A stretch of 64,000 nt of DNA from Hypanus sabinus (GCF_030144855.1 NC_082707.1:122946001-123010000), one strand, 5' to 3'. Positions 1 to 13,525 are shown, numbered from the stretch's first letter. Notes: generated from the letters alone by a model not told the origin. Numbers and translations are program-made.

Positions 1-310
1 CAGCTCATTACTAACGTCTTCACAATCTCTTCATCTACTTCCTTCAGAACCCTGGGGTGTAGTCCTTCTGGTCCAGCTGACTCATCCACCTTCCAACTTT
101 TCAGCTTCCCAGGCACCTTCTCCTTAGTAAAAGCAACTACACTCACTTCTGCCCTCTGACACTCTCAAATTTCTGGCATACTGTTAGTGTTTTCCACAGT
201 GAAGACTAGCACAAAGTACTTATTAACATCTTTCACCATTTCTTTGTCCCCCATTACTACTTTTCCAGCATTGTATTCCAGCAGTCCTATATCTACTCTC
301 AGCTCTCTTC
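1..310 (-). mobile_element. CR1/HER1-type LINE ORF2 fragment (EN-RT linker)
   Basis: Minus strand reads like VDxSxGPxGLHPRVLKE and GDKEMVKDVNKYFVLVFTVE, typical of CR1 ORF2; homologous to the 61100-61370 region. Confidence 0.85.
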
Positions 311-479
311 TCTTCAGTCCTCTGCAGCTTCTCAACACGTGAAACAGAGTCACACAGCTTAGAAAAATGCCCTTTGGCCCACTCAGAACATGCAGATCAT
401 TTTGTACACAAATCTAATTTTACAAAACTAATATTATTCTACTCCCCCCACATTTCCCTCAATTCCTGAGGATTCTACC

Positions 480-650
480 ACTCACCTACAGACTAGGGGC
501 AACTTACACCTACCAACCCACATGTCTTTGGGATATGGGAGGAAACAAGGACAACCGAAGGAAATCCATATGACCACAGGGAAAATGTGCAAACTCCATA
601 CAGGCAGCGCTACAGCATCAAGACTGAACTCTCATCTGTTAGATGAGCCA
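480..650 (-). mobile_element. V-SINE (HE1-like) fragment
   Basis: Degenerate match to the V-domain-type sequence (gggaggaaac...cacagggaaaatgtgcaaactccatacag) also seen at 52300-52410. Confidence 0.65.
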
Positions 651-910
651 TTCTCTTTGCCAGTAGAATATACTTTTATTGATGTGTGATGGACAGTATG
701 TTGACTGGCTGAATCACAGCCTAGTACAGAAACACCAAAACCCCTGTACAGAAAATCCTACAAAAGGTAGTGGATATGGTCCAATCCATCACTGGTAAAA
801 CCCTCCCCGCCCCCCATGGAACACATATACATGAAACACTGTCCATCATCAGGGACCCCCCACCACCCAGGACATGCTTTCTTCTCATAGATACTTTCAG
901 GAAGAAGGTA

Positions 911-3526
911 GATAGATAGATACTTTATCAATCCCGAAGGAAATTACAGTGCACAGATATACAAATTTTAGAGGAGAAGAAAGAAATAATTTTTAAAAAG
1001 TTACCTCAAGCAGTCTAACAGGAGGGGTCATCACTTCCTTGGCTACAGGTTGACTCATTGTAGAGCCTAATGGCCGAGGGTAAGAATGACCTCATATAGC
1101 GCTCCTTGGAGCAGCACAGTTGTCTCAGTCTATTACTGAAAGTGCTCCACTGTTCAGCCAAGGTGGCATGCAGAGGGTGAGAAACACTGTCCAGAATTGC
1201 CAGGATTTTCTGGAGGGTCCTTTGTTCTTCCACAGCCTCCACTGTGTCCAGTTTGGCTCCTACAACTGAGCCAGAGCCTTCTAATCTGTTTATTGAGCCT
1301 TTGGGCATCACCCGTGTTGATGCCATTGTCCCAGCACACCACCACATAGAAGATTGTACTGGCAGCAACAAACTGGTAGAACATGTGAAGAAGAGGCCTG
1401 CATACTGCAAATGACCACAGTCTCATCAATAGAATAGAGGTGACGCTGGCCCTTCTTGCACACAGCCTCTGCGTTGATGCTCCACTTAAGTCTGCTATCC
1501 AGGTGCACCCCTAGGTACTTCTCCCACCGCGTTCTACGCGCCACGCTTTCCACCATGAGGAGATACCTTGTGTCCCTATCCCAGTCACTTTACCAACTCC
1601 AGGATTCCCTCTCCGCCGCCTGTACTGGACCTGTACGCTTCGTTATCCTCCGCCGGATCCACGCCTTCAATCGCTGGTCCTTTGACCTTCTCATGTTGCA
1701 CAAGGATCGAAAGATCGCCCGTCTACAGGCCACTGGACCTGCTGATTCCAACGCCAGCAGGCCTCGATGTCTCCAGACTGCGATCCCCCCTGCTGACCTC
1801 AATGGCTCAAACAATCCTGAGCAGATTCATAACCCGGACTCCGCCGCAATCGATGTGGGTTCCAGAGACCTCGGACATCGCCAAAGTGCCAATTGTGCAA
1901 CCTCTGACTCTGACTCCAGCCTTGGCCTCCAGGCCGGTCTTCATGCACTGACGCTGGAACTCCCGTCTCCACTTCCCCCACCACCACTCCACAATCCCGC
2001 CTCTCTCACGTCCCACTGACAGTCCTTGGGCCCTCAGAGACTCCATCTTTCTCTCACCCCACCATCCTTGAACGCTCCAAACCTCCCTTCCCTCAGACAC
2101 TATCAACCCCCTTGCACCCCGCGATCCCCTCTGTCATTCATGCCGGGTTTTCACCATCTCCTCTGACCCTCCCCTTTCTGAGGTAGAACATTCTGTCCTC
2201 AGTAAGGGCCTCACTTTATCAACCTTTCCCTCTGAACTTCCCTCTCTGAGGCAGAACATTCTGTTCTCTGTAAAGGCCTCAGTTTATCAACTATCCCTAT
2301 GACCTTCCCCTCTCTGAGGCAGAATGTTCTGTCCACAGTAAAGGCCTCACCTTTGTCCCCCTGTGCCCACACCTCAGTGAGTTCCACGCCCACTATGATG
2401 CTGAGTTCTGCTGCCTCCATCTCCGAGCCTATTTCTTTGGCAAGAACTCTCCATCCTGCATCCATGACCCCTTCTCCTGTCTTCAATCCTCAACCCTCCT
2501 CCTCTTCCTGGATACCACACCCTGGTCTTCTGCCTGCTCTGGACCTTTTCACTGCCAACTGCTGACAGGGCATTAACTGTCTAACCTTAACTTTCCTCTC
2601 TCCTATTCCAACCTCACCCCTTCTGAGAGCTTTCCACTCCCTCTGCACCAATCCTAACCTCACCATCAAACCCGCAGATAAGGGGGTGCTCTAGTAGTCT
2701 GGCATACTGACCTCAACCTTGTCGAGGCCCAGCACCATCTCTCAGACACTTCCTCTTTCTTACCCCTCGAACAGGATCCCACTAAGGAGCACCAGGCCAT
2801 CACCAAATATTGATATGGGGATCTCCCATTCACTACCACCAACCTCATAGTTTCCCCACCCCGCACCTCCCATTTCTACCTCCTACCCAAAATCCACAAA
2901 CCCACAAGTCCAGCTAGACCCATAGTTTCAGCTTGTTCCTGCCCCACTCAACTACATACCTCTCCTCTGTTTTATCCCCTGTAGATCAGTCCTTTCCTAC
3001 CTACAAAAGTTGACACTTCACTCACTCTAGATCTTTTCAATGATTTCAAGTTCTCTGGACCTTATCATCTCATTTTTACTATGGATGTCCAGGCCCTGTA
3101 AAACTCCATCCCCCACCAGGAAGTCCTCAAAGCTCTCCATCTTTTTTCTGGACACAAGACTCAAACAGTTCCCCTCCACCAATACACCATTCCTCTGCCT
3201 GGCGGAACTTGTCCTCACTCACAGGGAGCAGTGCAGGCTCAGACTTCCTAAAGTCCATCACCATCTCCTTTGTCTAACTGACGTTGAGCTGCAGATGATT
3301 CAGCTTGCACCATTTGACAAAGTCCTCCACCAGGGCCCTGTATTCATCCTCTTGTCCTCCCCTTATACACCCGACTATTGCTGAGTCATCAGAGGATTTC
3401 TGCAGATGACATGGCTCAGTGTTGTATCGAAAGTCCAGAGTATGCAGGGTAAACAGGAAGGGAGCCAATATAGTCCCCTGTGGGGCCCCAGTACTGCTTA
3501 TAGCTCTGAAGCCACACATCATTCAT
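911..3526 (-). mobile_element. Rex1/Babar-type LINE RT 3' fragment (own sequence 911-1520 and 3221-3526)
   Basis: Motifs GAPQGTILAPFLFTLHT, LQKSSDDSAIVG, KYLGVHLDSRL, RSFLPSAIRLYN; (TATC)n-type tail at 911-922. Confidence 0.9.
1517..3220 (+). mobile_element. Penelope-like element, N-terminal/RT portion, frameshifted, lacking its 3' end
   Basis: TIKPADKGGALVVW (2661-2702), FYLLPKIHKP, RPIVS, FTMDVQAL and LAELVLT motifs of PLE reverse transcriptase. Confidence 0.85.
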
Positions 3527-3849
3527 TTCAGTAGAAGGCACAAGAGCCTCAGGTCTCACACCACCAGGTTCAAGAACAGTTACTATCCCTAAAGTGTCAA
3601 GCTCGTGAACAAAAGGAAATAGGTACACTCATGTAAGGCCTCTGTTATATTGTTAGTTCATGCTTGCTATGTATTGCCATTTATTTAAATCTGCATTTGC
3701 ACAGTTTGTTTACAGTTAATATTCCTGATGTTTGCAGTTACTGTTCTATAGATTTTTCTAAGTATGCCGGCAGAAAAATAATATCAGGGTTGTATGTGGT
3801 GACATGCATGTACTCCGATAATAAATCTTACTTTGGACTTTGAGTGTGT

Positions 3850-4110
3850 AATTCATAAGGTTGTTGCCTGGATTGGGAGACTTCAGAGAAAAATCTGACA
3901 GGCCAGGTTTGTTTCCCCCTGGAGCTTAGGAAGTTGGAGGTGATCTAACAATATGAAAGATTATAAGCAGCAAAGATAGGGTACATATTCAACACCTTTT
4001 TCTCATGCCAAGGACATCAAAAACAAAGCATATGTTTAAATTGAGTGAAGTTAGTTTTGAAGGGAAAGTTTTTCACGGAGTTGCTAATAGCTGGAACATG
4101 CCGCCATTCG
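3850..4110 (+). mobile_element. Degenerate CR1 3' fragment
   Basis: gttgcctggattggg...ctggagcttaggaagttggaggtgatct resembles the CR1 ORF2 C-terminus. Confidence 0.55.
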
Positions 4111-5092
4111 GCAGGGATGTAGATGACACCAATTTGTAGGTTTTATTCCAGGGTTTGTATTGATCCAATAGATCAATACCTCACTGATGATATGACAGAT
4201 CTGTATGTAAACATATTGTTTCTGCTCCAGAATATTAAAATCTATTTCAACCATTTAATCCTTAAGCATTTTTTCCTGCAAGAAGAAATGCACTTTGGAA
4301 GTGTGCTAGTTGATTTTAAATTGAATTGATTTCAGTCAGGTTTGTTCACTGTGTTGATGATTTAATTAGTTTTTTTAAATCATCATGAGTCAGGTGATAA
4401 ATGGTAGGCTTTAACTCAGAGAGTGACAGAAATTGCATGAGAATGAGATTGAGGAAAAACTACTCTCCCAAAAAATGGCAGCATCCCAACTGCACTGTCT
4501 ATATCTTCATTGATGTTAATCCAGCTCCCCCACACCATCACCACATAGCCTTCTTTCACACAGCACATTGAGTTATTGATTACATCTCCAGGCATGTTAA
4601 TCTAGCTCCCTCACTCTATCAATCAGTAACCAGCCTCCCCGGCACCTTATATTATTCACTATTAGCACTTCCACACTGTCAGTCAGTATTCCCCCCTCAC
4701 CAGCAGTCTGTGCATCTAAATGCATCTCCATGTGTACTGCTGATAATCTGGATCCCCCCCCCCCACCTTCACACACACTATTATTCAGTTAGATCCCAGC
4801 TTCCCACTCCCCAGCCCCAGCCATGCACCAACACACACAGAGTCATAAAGAAATTGAGTCAAACTGCACTGAAACAACTTTCAGCCCACAATGCTTATGC
4901 CAGCCATTGTGCCTATCTGCGCTAATCATCATACACACTAATTCCATAGCCTTCTATACGTCAATAATTCAAGTGTTTATGTAGATGTTTCTTCAATATC
5001 ATGAGAGTATCTGCCTGCACCGCCCTCTCTGACAGCACGTTCCAAACTCCTGCTGTGCTCCAGATGAAAAGAATCCCCATCACATCCCAGGA

Positions 5093-5430
5093 AAGTCTGC
5101 AGATGCTGGAAATCCAACACAATGCACACCAAGTGCCAGAGGAACTCAGCAGGTCAGGCAGCACCTACGGAAATGAATAAACAGTCAACGTCTCGGGCCA
5201 AGATCCTTCTTCAGGACTAGAAAAGAAGGGGGAAGATGCCAGAATAAAAAGGTGGGGGATGGCTGAAAGGTGATAGGTGAAACCAGGTGGTGGGAAAGGT
5301 CAAGGGCTGGAGAGCAAGGGATCTGATGGGAGAGGAGAATGGACCGTAGGAGCAAGGGAAGGAGGAAGGTATCCAGGAGGAAGTAATAGTCAGGTGAGAA
5401 GAAATGAAAGGTCAGAGTGGGGAATAGAGG
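5093..5430 (-). mobile_element. Penelope-like 3' end with degenerate hammerhead motif, inserted in a CR1 3' fragment (~4840-5600)
   Basis: ctgcagatgctggaaatc...gaggaactcagcaggtcaggcagc matches the PLE termini at 14180-14271 and 20160-20249. Confidence 0.75.
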
Positions 5431-7204
5431 AACATCCTCTCTAAATCATCTACATCTTACATGAATTCTCATTTGCCAAACACATCCACACCATGGGAAT
5501 ATCTATTCCCCTCTTACTTTTGTATATCTCTGTACCCCTTAGCCTTTTCCACTCCAGAGAAGACGATCACAGCCTATCCAGTCCCTCCTAATAGCCCAGT
5601 AATACTTAATGCATTGATGCTGGTGTAAATACAACTCCACGTATTGTCACTCAATATCACTCCATCACTTCCTCTCTTCCCTTTCCTGACTACACACACC
5701 TACAAACACACCTATGAGCTTTTATTTCACCTGATGTTGATTCAACTCCACCAAGTCAAGAGAAGCGAATTCTGGAAGCAAGATACCACCTCACTGAAGC
5801 TGTTTTGCCTCAGCAAACCAGAATAATTTACTAGGTTACCTCCAAAGGCATTCAAGGAAAGTTAATTATGTTAATCTGTTTGAAGACAGGCCCATACATT
5901 GTGAAAATCAGACTAGGAGCTTTATATGAATTGAGTGTGGTTATTCTTGCCAGAGATTAATACTTGAAACAGTCTTGATTCCAGAAAGTCAAAAAGACAC
6001 CAATCTGAGACACTCCTACTCACTGTGGCTAAAAGATTTCAGTGCCTGAGGAACCAAGGCAAGCATTTCTTCTGAGAATTGAGGAATGTCACCCTTTTTC
6101 ATCTGCGAGGGTATCTGAGATGGTTTAATAATCAATGTGAAAAAGCAACAGCATGTCTGACAGTACAGTCCTACCTCAACATATATCCTGCATTTGTAGC
6201 AAGACTAATGCATAAACTCACTCAGACAGGAATTTTGATCTCGATACTGTAGGGGAATTGTTGTGACTTTCATAAATATATGTGTCTTAAAATTCAAATG
6301 AGTAGCACAATGTAATACTAACCATTAAAAACATTAATTACATGAATCATGGTCTGCAATCTTACAAATGCATGGCACATCCATGGGCACCTGACACATA
6401 CCCATAAGCATCTCGTGGCAATACCAGCCTGTCTCTCCCTCCTGCAACTTTCCATCAGCATGCAGAGGTGTAGGCTACAGATGGTGTTCATAGCACAATG
6501 CAGCATGAATAAAAGCCTTCAGTGCATGGACTGGGTGAACCCCAACTACTAGTGCATGATGGCTTGTACCTTGCAAACTGTGGAACCTTCCAGCACCAAA
6601 CCCTCAGCAACCCATTGTATCAAGTGGTGTGACTTGGACATCTTTCAAGGCACCAGGTTCTTCTTAGCCTCCAGGTCTTGGGAAAGATGACAGGAATCTT
6701 ATTTCTAAACTTCTGGCGTGTCCAGTGACATAGAATATTTGATGGCCCAAAATCCATTCATGTTGCTGGAGAAAAGCAGAAATGGACTTAAAGCTGTCCA
6801 CAAGATGCGTGGACTGCTGGTGGGTACTGCTAACTGTGCTATATATTCATGGCAGTGCTTCATAATCTGCCTCTGGCATATATTCTGCTGACTTCAATAG
6901 AATGAATTTCAAAGGCAGAACATAGCTTGTTCATGCAAATGTAGGCTAGTTTACAAGGGGGAAAAATTTGCTAAGATATAACTCTTTCATCTCTGCGAAA
7001 CTGTGCAAATTTGTAAATGTTACAATATAGGTAAATATGAATGCCTTCATTGCTTTTTCATAGTATTAGAAATTGCTAGATAAATGAAGGTGCAATAACC
7101 GATACAGCAGCTGCCTCACTGCTCCAGTGAGCCAGATTCAATACCGACCCCTGGTGCTTCTGTGTGGAGGTTGCTTATTCTCCTTAAGACCATGTGGGTT
7201 TCCT

Positions 7205-10200
7205 TTTCAAATCTTTTTATTATTATTATTAGTCAAAAATAGCACAAGTACATTGAAGTAACAACACTTACAATGCCTCAAAAAAGAAGAAATTATCTTA
7301 AAGACTGAAAATTTTTGTGAATAAAAAAACCCTACTAAGCAAGAAAAGTGAGGGGAAAAAAAGAAATCTATTGGGGGTACAATCCTGGAGCCATGCGTCA
7401 TACAAAATGCTTCTAAAAATAAATATCAAACCGCTAACAAGAAAAAAGATGTATCAAAAAAAATTTACACTTAGATCGTGGAGGACATCTATCAGTTAAC
7501 TGAAATGATAATAAAGAGCAAATGAGCCCCATCTCTTCTCAAAATCAAATAAAGGTTCAAAGGTTCGACTTCTAATTTTCTCCAAGCTAAGACACAGCAT
7601 CACTTGAGAGAACCATTGTGACAAAGTAGGAGCTGATATATCCTTCCATTTCAACAAGATGGCCCTCCTAGCTATCAATGTAACAAAAGCAATAACATGT
7701 TGGTCAGACACAGAAATACCATGGATATTTTGAGGAATTATTCCAAAAAGCACAGTCAATTTATTAAGTTGTAAATTGATTCTGAGTGCTTTAGAAATTG
7801 TCGAAAAGACTGACTTCCAAAACTGTTTTAATATAGAAGATGACCAGAACATATGTGTCAGTGTGGCTATCTCAGTTTTACATCTATCACAATACTTGTC
7901 AACACTGGGAAATATTTTAGAAAGTCTCTCCTTTGTCAAATGGTAACGATGTACAATTTTAAATTGAATCAGTGAATGACTAGCACAGATCGAAAAAGAG
8001 TTAACCAGCTTCAGAATCTGCATCCAATCCTCCCATATAAAAGTCAAATTGAGTTTCTTCTCCCAATCCTGTTTAATCTTAAGTAAAGGACACTTATCCC
8101 ATTGTAATAATAAATTATAAATTCTTCCAATAGAACCTTTCATCGAGGGGTTCATATTCATAATAGTATCTAACAAGTCAGCCTCCAATATGTAAGGAAA
8201 ATTACTTAAATATTATTGTAAAAAATGTCTAACTTGAAGATATGGTAAAAAGTGTGAATATGAGAGAGAATACTTATCGACTAATTGCTCAAAAGACACC
8301 AATCTGCCTTCTTTAAATAAATCTGAAAGAGAATTAATACCTTTATTTTTCCAAGGTAAAAGAATTGGATCACTCCAAGAAGGTTTAAAAAAGTAATTAC
8401 GATAAATTATACTACAAAGTTCAAATTTTTTAAGATTTAAAAAAAATGCGGAGCTGGAGCCAAATTTGGAAAGCGTGCTTAACCACAGGATATAGGTTTA
8501 AATTAGCAACTTTAGCTAATTGTATAGGTAGAGCAACTCCTAATAACGAAATTAAATAAAACCGTTTCACAGCTCTCAGTTCCAGGTCTACCCAAATTGG
8601 CTGATCATTCCTATCACCCCAATATAACCAAAAAGACATATATCACAAATTAACAGCCCAATAATACATTCTTAGATTAGGCAAAGTGAGACCTCTGTCC
8701 ATTTTCAACTTTTGCAAATGACATTTACCATTTCTTGGTCTTTTATTATCCCAAATAAAAGATAGAATAATAGAATCAATCCGATCAAAAAACTTCTTAG
8801 TCAAAAAAACAGGAATATTCTGAAATAAATATAAAAATTTTGGTAAGATCATCATTTTAACTACATGAATATGACCAACAAGTAAAAATGTAAGTGGGCT
8901 CCATCTACTAATTGAGTACTTCATAGAGTACACTAAAGGAGGAAAATTGGCTTCATAAAGATCCTTAATTTTTTAGTAATTATAACACCTAAATATCTAA
9001 AAGAATCTGTAACTTTAAAGGGAATATTATCATATATATAGACTGATTAATTTAAAGAAAGTAATTCACTTTTACTAAAATTTATTTTATATCCTGAAAA
9101 GTCTCCAAATTTGTCAAATAATTTTAGCAAAGCAGGAATAGATTCTTCTGGCTTAGATATATATACCAATAAATCATCAGCATAAAGAGAGATCTTGTGC
9201 ATGGTCTCATTCACAAAAATCCCATGAATATTTTTGGCTTCATGAAGAGCAATAGCAAGGGGTTCTAATATTAAGTTAAATAACAAAGTACTTAATGGAC
9301 AACCTTGTCTTTTCCCCCATGATAGCTGAAAAAAAGGAGACCTATAGTTATTAGTGACAACAGTAGCAACAGGAGCTTTATATATCATTTTAATCCAATT
9401 ATTAACATTAATACCAAAACCAAATTTTTCTAAAACATTAAATAAATATTTCCATTCGACTAAATCAAATGCTTTTTCAGCATCCACAGATATAACGCAT
9501 TGTAGAGTTTTAGAAGAAGGCAAATATATAATGTTAAATAATCTCTGAACATTTGAAAAAGAATAACGACCCTTTATAAAGCCTGTTTGATCTTTAAAAA
9601 TGATTTTACCCAAAATACTCTCCAACTGATTGGCCATTATCTTTGAGAGAATCTTAGCATCAACATTCAACAATGAAATAGGTCTGTATGAGGCACAATC
9701 AGTAGGATCTTTATCCTTTTTGAGAATTAAAGAAATAGAAGTTTCATAAAAAGTAGAGGGTAAATCATTTTTCACAAAAGAATCTTTAAACATCTCCAAC
9801 ATATATGCAGAAAACAATTTTCCAATTCTTTTATAAAATTCTCCAGGATAACCATCAAGTCCCGGGGCCTTACCAGATTGCATTAAAAAAATAGCTTTAT
9901 GAATTTTGGATTTAGTAATTTGGGCATCAAGAGTTTTTTGATCCTCAGCAGAAATTTTAGGAAAAGCAATCTTTCTCAAAAAAGCATTCATTTCAGAAGA
10001 GTCTACTGGACATTGAGATTTATAAAGTTCAATATAAAAATCTTGAAAAATCTTATTAATTTCTTCATATTCCCGAGCAGGGTACCATCCTTTCTACGAA
10101 TTTTCAAAATTTGCCTTTTGGCTCCAACTGAATTTAATGAGATGCAAGTAGTTTATTATTTTTATCTCCAAACATATAAAATTGGCTCTTTAGCTTAAGT

Positions 10201-10606
10201 AGATAACCTTCAATTGGATGAGTTAATAATAGGTTATATTGAGATTGAAGATCCTCCCTTTTTTTTAAATAAGTCAATATTAGGGGATGTCGCATAGATA
10301 TTATCTAAATCTTTAATTTGTTTTGAAATTTTATCTAATTCTAGTTAGTCTGTTTTTTAAGATTAGCTGAATAAGAAATAATCTGACCAGGTAAAAATGC
10401 TTTGAATGTATCCCATATAATTAATTTAGACATACCTCCTATATCATTAAAAAGAAAAAATTATTTTATCTGGCTTTCAATAAAACTGATAAAGTCAGAG
10501 TTTTGCAATAATCTGAGACATGTGCCATGGTTGATGGCCAAAAACGACATCAACAAATTCAAAGGACAAACTCAAAGATGCATGATCAGATATAGCAATA
10601 GCTATA
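7205..10606 (-). mobile_element. 5'-truncated L1-clade LINE ORF2 (end of EN, RT, CCHC C-terminus), disrupted
   Basis: AISDH at the 5' edge; GKAPGLDG, YRPISLLNVDAKIL, QGCPLS, LYADD; CDRC...HMFW; TSD gtttcct at 7198-7204 and 10607-10613. Confidence 0.95.
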
Positions 10607-10618
10607 GTTTCCTCTAAG

Positions 10619-11015
10619 ATTCAGATTCAGATTCAGTTTATAGTCATTTAGAAACCACAAATGCAATGCAATTAAAAAATGAGACAACGTTCCCCCAGAA
10701 TGATATCACAAAAGCATATGACAAAACAGACTACACCAGAAAATCCATGTAACGTTTGGCAATCCCCAATCCAGAGTCCAGAGAGGCTGCTGCATATTAA
10801 TATTGTGCTACCGTCTGGTGTGTTCCCCGGAAAGGAACTCCAAATCCACCAGACAAAAACAAGCCCAAAAACTAAAGATACAAGACCTGCACAAAACCAC
10901 ATAGTTACAACATATAGTTACAACAGTGCAAACAATAGCATAATTGATAAAAAAAAAACAGACTATGGGCACAGTAAAATAGTCCAACATGTTAAAGGAC
11001 TTTAAGTTCAAAAGA
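10619..11015 (-). mobile_element. Non-coding retroposon 3' fragment with (CTGAAT)n tail
   Basis: attcag x3 at the left end; TSD tctaag at 10613-10618 and 11016-11021. Confidence 0.7.
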
Positions 11016-11325
11016 TCTAAGTGCTCCAGTTTCCTCCCACATCACAAAAGATATTCAACTTGATAAGTTAAATGATCACTGTAAATCGTTCCTAGTGTGA
11101 AAGAGAGTGGCAGAATCTGTTTGGCTTGGATGGGAATGTGGGGAGAATAACCTGTGATTAATGCAGGACTGGTAAACGGTTGGTTGACGGTAAGTATGGA
11201 CTTGGTGGGCCAAAAGGACTGCGTTGTATAACACAAAGACAAAAACCATAATAATAGTTTTGTTGCAACACACACAAAATGCTGGTGGATCACAGCAGGT
11301 CAAGCAGCATCTGTAGGAGGAAGCA

Positions 11326-11363
11326 CAGTCGAGGTTTCGGGCTGAGACTCTTCGTCAGAACTA
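11326..11363 (-). ncRNA. Minimal hammerhead ribozyme motif (PLE-associated), partly mutated
   Basis: Minus strand: agtt CTGACGA a gagtctcagccc GAAA cctc gact. Confidence 0.6.
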
Positions 11364-11570
11364 ACTGAAGGAGGAGATAGTAAGAGATTTGATAGTGGGA
11401 GGGGGAGGGGGAGATCCGAAATCATAGGAGAAGACCGGAGGGGGTGGGGTGAAGCTAAGAGCTGGAAAGTTGATTGGCAAAAGGGAGAAGGGAAAGGATA
11501 ATGGAACGGGAGGCCTAGGGAGAAAGAAAGGGGGAGGAGAGCACCAGAGGAAGATGGAGAGCAGGCAAGG

Positions 11571-11713
11571 NNNNNNNNNNNNNNNNNNNNNNNNNNNNNN
11601 NNNNNNNNNNNNNNNNNNNNNNNNNNNNNNNNNNNNNNNNNNNNNNNNNNNNNNNNNNNNNNNNNNNNNNNNNNNNNNNNNNNNNNNNNNNNNNNNNNNN
11701 NNNNNNNNNNNNN
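11571..11713. other. Assembly gap (143 N)
   Basis: Run of N inside the PLE minus arm. Confidence 1.
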
Positions 11714-13525
11714 AACGGAAGTTAGGGAATTCAATGTTCATGCCATCAGGTTGGAGGTTACCCAGACAGAATTAAAGTTTTGTTCCTCCAACCTGAGTGT
11801 GGCTTCATCTTGACAGTAGAGGAGGCCATGGATAGACATATCAGAATGGAAATGGGACATGGAATTACAGTGTGTGGCCACTGGGAGATCCTGCTTTCTC
11901 GGGCGGACAGAGCATAGGTGTTCAGTGAAATGGTCTCCCAGTCTGCGTCTTGTCTCACCAATATATAAAAGGTCACACCGGGAGCACCGGACGCAGTATA
12001 CCACACCAGCGGACTCACAGGTGACGCATCGTCTCACCTGGAAGGACTGTCTGGGGCCCTGAATGGTGATGAAGGAGGAAGTGTAAGGGCAGGTGTAGAA
12101 CTTGTTCTGCTTACAAGGATAAGTGCCGGGAGGGAGATCGGTGGGAAGGGATGGGGGGAACGAGTGGACAAGGGAGTCGCGTAGGGAGTGATCCCTGCAG
12201 AAAGCAGCAAGGTGGGGGGAGGGCAAGATGTGCTTGGTAGTGGGATCCTGTTGAAGGTGGCGGAAGTTATGGAGAATTATAAGTTGGACCTGGAGGCTGG
12301 TGGGGTGGTATTTGAGGACAAGGGAAACCCTATCCCTAGTGGGGTGGCGGGAGGATGGGGTGAGGGCAGATGTGCATGAAATGGGAGAGATGCATTTGAA
12401 AGCAGAGTTGATGGTGGAGGAAGGGAAGCCCCTTTCTTTAAAAAAAGGAAGACATCTCCTTCGTTCTGGAAAGAAAAGCCTCATCCTGAGAGCAGATGCA
12501 GTGGAGACGGAGGAATTGCGAGAAGGGGATGGCAGTTTTGCAAGAGACAGGGTGGGAAGAGGAATAGTCCAGGTAGCTGTGGGAGTCTGTAGGCTTATAG
12601 TAGATATCAGTAGATAGGCTGTCTCCAGAGATGGAGACAGAAAGATCAAGAAAGGGGAGGGAGGTGTCGGAAAAGGAACAGGTAAATTTGGCTTGTATAG
12701 GTTTGTAACATGGACTGTTCCACAAAGCCAACAAAAAGGCAGGCATATCTGGGTGTCCATGGCTACAACTTTGGTTTGGAAGAAGTGGGAGGAGCAAAAG
12801 GAGAAATTGTTAAGAGTAAGAACGCATCTCTGCCATTTCATGCACATCTGTTCTCACTCCATCCTCCCGCCACCCCACTAGGGATAGGGTTCCCCTTGTC
12901 CTCACCTACCACTGCACCAGCCTCCGGGTCCAACGTATAATTCTCTGTAACTTCCGCCACCTTCAACGGGATTCCACTACCCAACACATCTTCCCCTCCC
13001 CCCTCTTTCTGCTTTCCACAGGGATCGCTCCCTATGCGACTCCCTTGTCCATTCATCCCCCCCCCATCCCTTCCCACTGGTCTCCCTCCCAGCACTTATC
13101 CTGGAAAGTAGAACAAGTTCTACACCTGCCCTTACACTTCCTCCCTCACCACCATTCAGGGCCCCAGACAGTCCTTCCAGGTGAGGCGACACTTCACCTG
13201 TGAGTCGGCTGGTGTGGTATACTGCATCCGGTGCTCCCAGTGTGGCCTTTTATATATTGGTGAGACCTGACGCAGATTGGGAGACCGTTTCACTGAACTC
13301 CTACGCTCCGTCCGCCAGAGAAAGCAGGATCTCCCAGTGGCCACACATTTTAATTCCACGTTCCATTCCCATTCTGATATGTCTATCCATGGCCTCCTCT
13401 ACTGTCAAGTTGAAGCCACACTCAGGTTGGAGGAACAACACCTTATATACCGGCTGGGTAGCCTCTAACCTGATGGCATGAACATTGACATCTCTAATTT
13501 CTGTTAATGTCCCCCTCCCCTTCTT

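Larger units (their letters stand above)
680..3842 (+). mobile_element. Rex1/Babar-type LINE 3' fragment split by nested insertions (own sequence ~680-910 and ~3527-3842)
   Basis: SMLTGxITA*YRN-like C-terminal motif; sequence resumes at 3527; degenerate duplication ttcaggaagaaggta (896-910) / ttcagtagaaggca (3527-3540); tail ctttggactttga. Confidence 0.7.
7085..11235 (+). mobile_element. V-SINE split by two insertions (own sequence ~7085-7204, ~10614-10618, ~11022-11235)
   Basis: Removing the inserts rejoins ...gggtttcctctaagtgctccagtttcctcccaca..., the V-domain core. Confidence 0.75.

Noticed and set aside
4480-4830. Recurring tccagctccc-like motif.
   Set aside because: Irregular spacing and low identity; decayed minisatellite at most, not a CRISPR-like array.
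6726-6819. Possible exon DIEYLMAQNPFMLLEKSRNGLKAVHKMRGLL.
   Set aside because: Weak splice signals and no recognisable protein.
3211-12823. The PLE piece ending at 3220 (gtcctcactc) and the minus arm starting at 12823 (gttcttactc) break at almost the same ORF position, suggesting one element split by a 9.6-kb inversion.
   Set aside because: The Rex host is co-oriented on both sides of the 1517-3220 piece, and doublet 1 has its own TSD. Coincidence or a shared breakpoint preference is more likely.
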